A program made the position numbers and the translations under genes. A stretch of DNA of 24,000 nucleotides. It comes from Dehalococcoidia bacterium. Its GTDB lineage: Bacteria; Chloroflexota; Dehalococcoidia; Lucifugimonadales; VXLM01. Positions 18,069-24,000 of this stretch are shown here, piece by piece (position 1 is the first letter of the stretch; every line of letters begins with the position of its first letter). The stretch is taken from positions 1,796,975 through 1,820,974 of the forward strand of contig OZ240223.1 in NCBI GenBank assembly GCA_965197705.1, written 5' to 3'. The notes beneath the pieces were generated by a model. That model saw only the letters and a list, made by a program, of their open reading frames with translations, did not search any database and was not told the origin of the DNA.

Positions 18069-18089
18069 TAGGGTAGAAGGACAGCGAGG

Positions 18090-19768
<1,679 letters not shown>

Positions 19769-19772
<4 letters not shown>

Positions 19773-20077
19773 TTCCCGCGGTCGAGGAGCGAGCAGACGA
19801 GCTGGAACGTCTCTGTCTCATCTACGGCGTGCGATGGCTTGACCTGTTCGGGTCGGCCTCAACGGGTCTGTATAATTCGGATGAGAGCGACTTGGACTTC
19901 CTTGTCGAGTTCCAACCGGCGGCCCTCAATGCCTATGCGGACGCTTACTTTGGCCTGCTGGAAGCTCTCGTCAGACTCTTCGAGCGGCCTGTAGACCTCA
20001 TTGTGGAGTCGGCCATCAAGAATCCCTACTTCCTCCAGTCGGTGGAGCAGACAAGGACTCCCATCTATGAGGCTTGA
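19769..20077 (+). CDS. mntA: Nucleotidyltransferase-domain protein (MNT antitoxin of an MNT/HEPN pair)
   Basis: LFGSASTG...SDLDFLVEF is the minimal NTase GS-x(n)-DxD motif. The protein is 102 aa. Its ATG overlaps the hsdM stop (ATGA at 19769-19772). Confidence 0.85.
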
Positions 20078-20351
20078 GGCTCAGAAGTACCTATATGACA
20101 TCCAGCGTGCCGCCGGTTTGATACGAGAGTTCACCGACGGCAAGACGTTTGCGGACTACGAAGGCAACGCCATGCTGAGATCGGCCGTGGAGCGCCAATT
20201 CGAGGTCATCGGCGAGGCGATGGCCCAGCTTGCCAGGACCGATGAGCCGGTGGCTGACCGAATCAGCCAATATCAACGCATCATCGCCTTCCGCAATGTG
20301 CTGATTCATGGGTACGCCGATGTGGACGACCGGCTGGTGTGGGACGTGTGA
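20067..20351 (+). CDS. hepT: HEPN/DUF86 toxin (HepT-like)
   Basis: [19 protein letters not shown]... with the Rx4H motif in AFRNVLIHGY. I chose ATG 20067, which overlaps the mnt 3' end by 11 nt, rather than the track start at 20001. Confidence 0.85.
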   Translation: MRLEAQKYLYDIQRAAGLIREFTDGKTFADYEGNAMLRSAVERQFEVIGEAMAQLARTDEPVADRISQYQRIIAFRNVLIHGYADVDDRLVWDV

Positions 20352-20418
20352 TCCATACCAACCTCCCCAGCCTCTGTCGAGACGTTGATACTCTGTTGAG
20401 GGAGAAATAACCACGGAC

Positions 20419-20580
20419 CCGCAGCCCGACGACGGCATCCCCTTCGAGGACAAGATGTCCCGCCTCGCCACCCAATGGCGCGAGCAGCAGACCGAGGCGC
20501 AGCAACTTGACGCAGCCATTGAAGAGAACCTCAGGGACCTAGGGTTCGGTTCAAACTTAGGCGATACAAGCTCCAAGTGA
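20419..20580 (+). pseudogene. Orphan duplicate of the hsdM 3' end (last ~53 codons)
   Basis: 20419-20490 is identical to 19617-19688. It then continues in frame as a diverged tail TEAQQLDAAIEENLRDLGFGSNLGDTSSK*. An in-frame stop at 20386-20388 lies upstream and there is no start codon. Confidence 0.85.
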
Positions 20581-20653
20581 GCTGTGAGTGTCTAACTGAA
20601 GAGTGTGATGTCAATTGCAGAACCTAGGGGCTTGTACGGGATAGGGCGAGAAC

Positions 20654-21997
20654 ATGACGGTGGGTAACTTCATGGAGCAGGTTGAAACAGTTTACGGTTT
20701 GGTCTCTTCTAGACTTGCTGAGGCCTCTTTAGGGAGCCTATGCGACAATCGTGATGGCATCCAAACAGGGCCTTTTGGGAGTCAACTCCACCAACGGGAT
20801 TATGTCGAAGAAGGGACGCCCATCATAACTGTGGAGCATCTAGGCGAGAATCGCATCACTCAAGAAAATATGCCGTTCGTTTCGGACCACGATAGGCAAA
20901 GGTTGCAGCGATATACCCTCCGTGAAGGCGACATCGTCTTTAGTCGTGTCGGCTCAGTTGACCGACGTGCCCTTGTAAGGCAAGCAGAAGACGGGTGGCT
21001 ATTCTCGGGACGTTGTTTGCGAATGAGACCGGACGACAGCAAGATCGACCCTACCTACTTGTCTTATTTCTTCGGGTTGCCGGCTTTCAAGGAATACATC
21101 AGATCCATTGCGGTGGGCGCAACGATGCCGTCTCTGAACACTAGGATAGTGAGCGACGTATCGATCCTTTATCCTCCCCTGCCCCAACAGCGCGCCATCG
21201 CCCACGTCCTCGGCACACTCGACGACAAGATCGAGCTAAACCGCCGGATGAACGAGACGCTGGAGGAGATGGCGCGGGCGCTCTTCAAGTCGTGGTTCGT
21301 AGATTTCGACCCGGTTCGCGCCAAGTTGGAGAGCCGCTGGCGCCGCGGCGAGTCCCTCCCCGGCCTCCCCACTGACCTCTACGACCTCTTCCCCGACCGT
21401 CTGGTTCCCTCCGAGCTTGGGGAAATCCCGGAGGGGTGGGAGATTGGGACTGTCGGGGATGTTGCAGAACAGCGCAGAGACGGAGTGAGTCCAGAATTAC
21501 TTGACCAGGATACTCCGTACATTGCGCTTGAACACATGCCCAAGCGCTGCATTGCGCTTGGGGACTGGGGTTCGGCTGATGGCCTAGCCAGTAGTAAATT
21601 CAGATTTGAACAAGGCGACATCCTGTTCGGGAAGTTGCGTCCCTATTTTCACAAGGTCGGCATCGCTCCGTTGAATGGGGTATGCTCAACAGACATCGTT
21701 GTGATATCACCACAAGAGAATAGCTGGTTCGGTTTCGTCCTCGGCCATGTATCGAGTTCGGCCTTCGTGGACTACACGGATGCGGCTTCGACAGGAACCA
21801 AAATGCCTCGAACCAAGTGGGCGGACATGGCTCTGTACAAAGTTGCTCTACCGGACTCAGCGGTGACCAAAGCCTTCGACGCAATGATTAAGCCGTCGGT
21901 TACGGGCATTCTGTCGACAATCCATGAATCCCACTCCTTAGCTGCCCAGCGGGATGCACTGCTACCGAAGCTGGTGTCGGGGGAGGTGGGAGTATGA
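20654..21997 (+). CDS. hsdS: Type I restriction-modification system specificity subunit
   Basis: Two target-recognition halves separated by the conserved coiled-coil spacer PLPQQRAIAHVLGTLDDKIELNRRMNETLEEMARALFKSWFVDFDPVR. The C-terminal conserved repeat is LAAQRDALLPKLVSGEV. An alternative start is ATG 20672. Confidence 0.9.
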   Translation: MTVGNFMEQVETVYGLVSSRLAEASLGSLCDNRDGIQTGPFGSQLHQRDYVEEGTPIITVEHLGENRITQENMPFVSDHDRQRLQRYTLREGDIVFSRVGSVDRRALVRQAEDGWLFSGRCLRMRPDDSKIDPTYLSYFFGLPAFKEYIRSIAVGATMPSLNTRIVSDVSILYPPLPQQRAIAHVLGTLDDKIELNRRMNETLEEMARALFKSWFVDFDPVRAKLESRWRRGESLPGLPTDLYDLFPDRLVPSELGEIPEGWEIGTVGDVAEQRRDGVSPELLDQDTPYIALEHMPKRCIALGDWGSADGLASSKFRFEQGDILFGKLRPYFHKVGIAPLNGVCSTDIVVISPQENSWFGFVLGHVSSSAFVDYTDAASTGTKMPRTKWADMALYKVALPDSAVTKAFDAMIKPSVTGILSTIHESHSLAAQRDALLPKLVSGEVGV

Positions 21998-22815
21998 GGA
22001 AGATGGACCTTGTGGGAATTCGCGCAAAGCTCCTCCGAGCAGAGCATCAATTGAAACAGATCAAAAGTGAAGCGAATGGGCTTTGCTCGGACGTGCAGCA
22101 CGGCATTGTTAGAGAAGTGCGCCCGGACGTTGACAAACAGGTCTGGGTGTATCGTGGTGAGACGCCTAATGCCCCTATTAGGTGGTCAGTGATCATTGGC
22201 GAAATCCTGTACAACTTGCGCTCCGCTCTCGATCACCTAGTCTGGCAGTTAGTGCTCGCCAATGGACAAACTCCGGGACGCCATAACGCATTTCCAATCA
22301 CCAATGACGCTCAGGGTTGGGAGAAGACTAAGGATAATCTTCTAAACGGTGTCAGTTCAAGACATAAGTCCATGATTGGTTATCTACAACCATATACCGG
22401 AGGAATTAATCTCCCCTTCGATGTTTCCAAGTTCAAGCTCCTAGACGACCTCAGCAACATAGAAAAACACCGATATCTGATTGTAGCGTTCATAGCTTCT
22501 ATGGGACCTGCTAACGATGGAATCCTTGGGATCGACCCACCCGAGCTAGTTGATTCGAGCGTAGGAGCGCCATTCGAAGGATTAGCTAGGTTGGGGAAGA
22601 TTGAGAATGGCAAAGAACTGCTCGAATTCAACAATTCACACATAGAGGTCAGTAGCCCTTCCTTTCAAATCGCCCTCTGCTTCGCAGATAAAGAATTGAT
22701 GTATAGCTCTGCCCCAAATATCCTGGCGCAGTGTCTGCGCACGGTTAGAGGATCTATAGACTTTCTCACGACTCCTATGAGTAGTGGCTTTGTGGAAGCA
22801 CCAGGCAGAACTTGA
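21994..22815 (+). CDS. Hypothetical protein, 273 aa, with an Rx4H (HEPN-like) motif; family not recognised
   Basis: The ATG overlaps the hsdS stop (ATGA), with a GGGAGGTGGG RBS upstream. The motif is IIGEILYNLRSALDHLVWQLV (R76-x4-H81). G+C is lower than the flanks by eye. The coding call rests on ORF length, coupling and RBS. Confidence 0.7.
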   Translation: MRKMDLVGIRAKLLRAEHQLKQIKSEANGLCSDVQHGIVREVRPDVDKQVWVYRGETPNAPIRWSVIIGEILYNLRSALDHLVWQLVLANGQTPGRHNAFPITNDAQGWEKTKDNLLNGVSSRHKSMIGYLQPYTGGINLPFDVSKFKLLDDLSNIEKHRYLIVAFIASMGPANDGILGIDPPELVDSSVGAPFEGLARLGKIENGKELLEFNNSHIEVSSPSFQIALCFADKELMYSSAPNILAQCLRTVRGSIDFLTTPMSSGFVEAPGRT

Positions 22816-23033
22816 CTACCCTCACCGAAGCCGACGTTGAGGAGGTCACCCTCGAGTGGCTGGCGCACGGTCGGACCATCGCCACAACCTTACGATCAGA
22901 CGCTCCATTAGGTTGCAATCTGACGCACCCTAACATTGCAATTGGCCGAAGCATAAGGTTGCAATCGGACGATGCAGCCGACTCCGCCATATTCCCGCTA
23001 TGCCGAAGGGCCGCTGGTGGAATCTCTGGCTGA
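22812..23033 (+). pseudogene. Remnant hsdR 5' end (first 18 codons are HsdR-like, the rest unrelated)
   Basis: MTTLTEADVEEVTLEWLA (22812-22865) parallels MTSITEAVVEEAALAWLA at 23930-23983. After codon 18 the similarity is lost. The TTG start overlaps the upstream stop (TTGA). Confidence 0.55.
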
Positions 23034-23181
23034 CTCCCCGGCGGTGCTCATCCACGGGCCCCGTGAGTCCGGCAAGACCACACTGGCCCGTGTCGTAGGA
23101 GATCCTCGGGGATACGACTACATCAGTTTTGACGACGACATCGCCCGGACCGCTGCCACCTTGCGTACCCGTCCGTTATAG
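22972..23181 (+). pseudogene. 5' fragment of an AAA-type ATPase (AAA_14/DUF4143-like), truncated after ~60 aa
   Basis: YAEGPLVESLADSPAVLIHGPRESGKTTLARVVG (Walker A) followed by GYDYISFDDDIARTAA. Full-length relatives, as I recall them, are about 400 aa. This ORF ends at 23181, inside the palindrome that precedes the antitoxin gene. Confidence 0.5.
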
Positions 23182-23199
23182 TCTAATGTAGACTATAAC
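23175..23199. promoter_or_regulatory. Perfect 11-bp-arm palindrome, candidate operator/promoter of the Phd/PIN operon
   Basis: gttatagtcta atg tagactataac is AT-rich and lies 22 nt upstream of the antitoxin GTG at 23221. Confidence 0.5.
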
Positions 23200-23220
23200 A
23201 GTTCATTGGAGGGCCAGATC

Positions 23221-23517
23221 GTGGTTGTCTCCGAACCCCGCCGCGTGTGGACGGTTGCCGAGGCGAAGGCGAAGCTGTCGGAAGTCCTGCGTCTCGCCGA
23301 GACGGAGGGTCCTCAGCGGATTGGCGCGCGGAAGCACTTCGTCGTCATGCCCGAGAGTATGTGGCGTGCCCATGCGCCGGAGCGCAAGCCCCTCGGCCGG
23401 TGGCTCATCGAGGACATGTCGCGCGGGACCAACCTCGAAATCCCCGATCGGGGTGGCGACTCCCGTCGCGAGATACCGTTCGCGGATTGGGATGACGACA
23501 ACCGGGACGACAAATGA
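23221..23517 (+). CDS. Phd/YefM-type antitoxin (VapB-like partner of the PIN toxin)
   Basis: VWTVAEAKAKLSEVLRLAETEGPQRIGARKHFVVMPESMW is a typical Phd/YefM N-terminal fold signature. The GTG at 23221 has GGAGGG 7 nt upstream; the track start is 23206. The stop overlaps the toxin ATG (ATGA). Confidence 0.75.
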   Translation: MVVSEPRRVWTVAEAKAKLSEVLRLAETEGPQRIGARKHFVVMPESMWRAHAPERKPLGRWLIEDMSRGTNLEIPDRGGDSRREIPFADWDDDNRDDK

Positions 23518-23933
23518 CCGGATTCCTTCTCGACACGAACGTGGTGTCCGAGATGACCAAGAGTCACCCCAGCCCCCCGGTTATCGCATTTCTCGAGCAG
23601 CCGTCTGATCTGTGGCTGGCGTCAATGGTAGTGCACGAATTGGAGTTCGGATTGCGGCTCGTGCCTGCGGGACAGCGTCGAGAGCGGCTGCGAGCCGATC
23701 TGTCACGGCTCCTCACTGGCTACGCCGACCGCATACTCCCGATCGATGAGGCCGCCGCGTTGTGGGCGGCACGATTTCGGGCGAACGCCATCCGCTCAGG
23801 GCGTCCCCCCGATCTGATCGACATTCTCATCGCGGGGACGGCTAAAGCCCATGATTTGACGGTTGCCACGCGCAATGTCAGGGACTTCGAGGGACTGGGA
23901 GTTGATGTCGTCAACCCTTGGAACCCCCATTGA
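23514..23933 (+). CDS. vapC: PIN-domain ribonuclease toxin (VapC/FitB-like)
   Basis: FLLDTNVVSE (first acidic residue), VVHELEFG, DILIAGTAKAHDLTVATRNVRDF and NPW; 139 aa. Confidence 0.88.
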   Translation: MTGFLLDTNVVSEMTKSHPSPPVIAFLEQPSDLWLASMVVHELEFGLRLVPAGQRRERLRADLSRLLTGYADRILPIDEAAALWAARFRANAIRSGRPPDLIDILIAGTAKAHDLTVATRNVRDFEGLGVDVVNPWNPH

Positions 23934-24000
23934 CCTCCATCACCGAAGCCGTCGTTGAAGAGGCCGCTCTAGCATGGCTTGCAGACCTCGGCTGGAGCGT
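23930..24000 (+). CDS. hsdR: Type I restriction enzyme R subunit, 5' end only (continues beyond the window)
   Basis: The TTG overlaps the vapC stop (TTGA). MTSITEAVVEEAALAWLADLGWS matches the N-terminal pattern I recall for many HsdR proteins, and hsdM and hsdS lie upstream on the same strand. Only 23 codons are visible. Confidence 0.6.
   Translation, partial: MTSITEAVVEEAALAWLADLGWS

Noticed and set aside
20001-20066. N-terminal extension of the HEPN ORF as given in the track ([22 protein letters not shown])
   Set aside because: It lies wholly within the mnt coding region in another frame and has non-protein-like composition. ATG 20067 gives a normal DUF86 N-terminus with the short overlap typical of TA pairs.

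Overview
High-GC (about 60% by eye) bacterial chromosomal window with two very different parts. Positions 1-16585 are ordinary, densely packed housekeeping DNA: a lipoprotein/solute-binding protein with a Pro/Thr-rich linker, an FAD oxidoreductase, leuB converging on a second isopropylmalate/tartrate-dehydrogenase-family paralog, trmD-rplS, mog, a stripped-down division cluster (rsmH-ftsA-ftsZ only), nrdR-nrdJ (class II RNR), a pdxA-family gene and proC-yggT. From 16586 onward the window is accessory. It holds an IS630-derived MITE sitting on the yggT stop codon, more hairpin repeats and a complete IS630-family element (TA duplications, A8 slip site). A co-directional type I restriction-modification operon (hsdM ... 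hsdS ... hsdR) follows, threaded with three toxin-type modules: an MNT/HEPN pair between hsdM and hsdS, an uncharacterised 273-aa protein with an Rx4H (HEPN-like) motif coupled to hsdS, and a truncated ATPase plus Phd/PIN (vapBC-like) pair in front of hsdR. Both TA insertions are bracketed by duplicated ends of the interrupted R-M gene: a perfect 72-bp repeat of the hsdM 3' end and a diverged second copy of the hsdR 5' end. Six of the gene junctions in the operon are start/stop overlaps (five 4-nt ATGA/TTGA, one 11-nt). Small GC-rich hairpin repeats occur in intergenic clusters and, apparently in frame, inside hsdM and the transposase. No rRNA, tRNA or CRISPR array was recognised. All calls come from reading the sequence and ORF translations against recalled family motifs; no database search was run.
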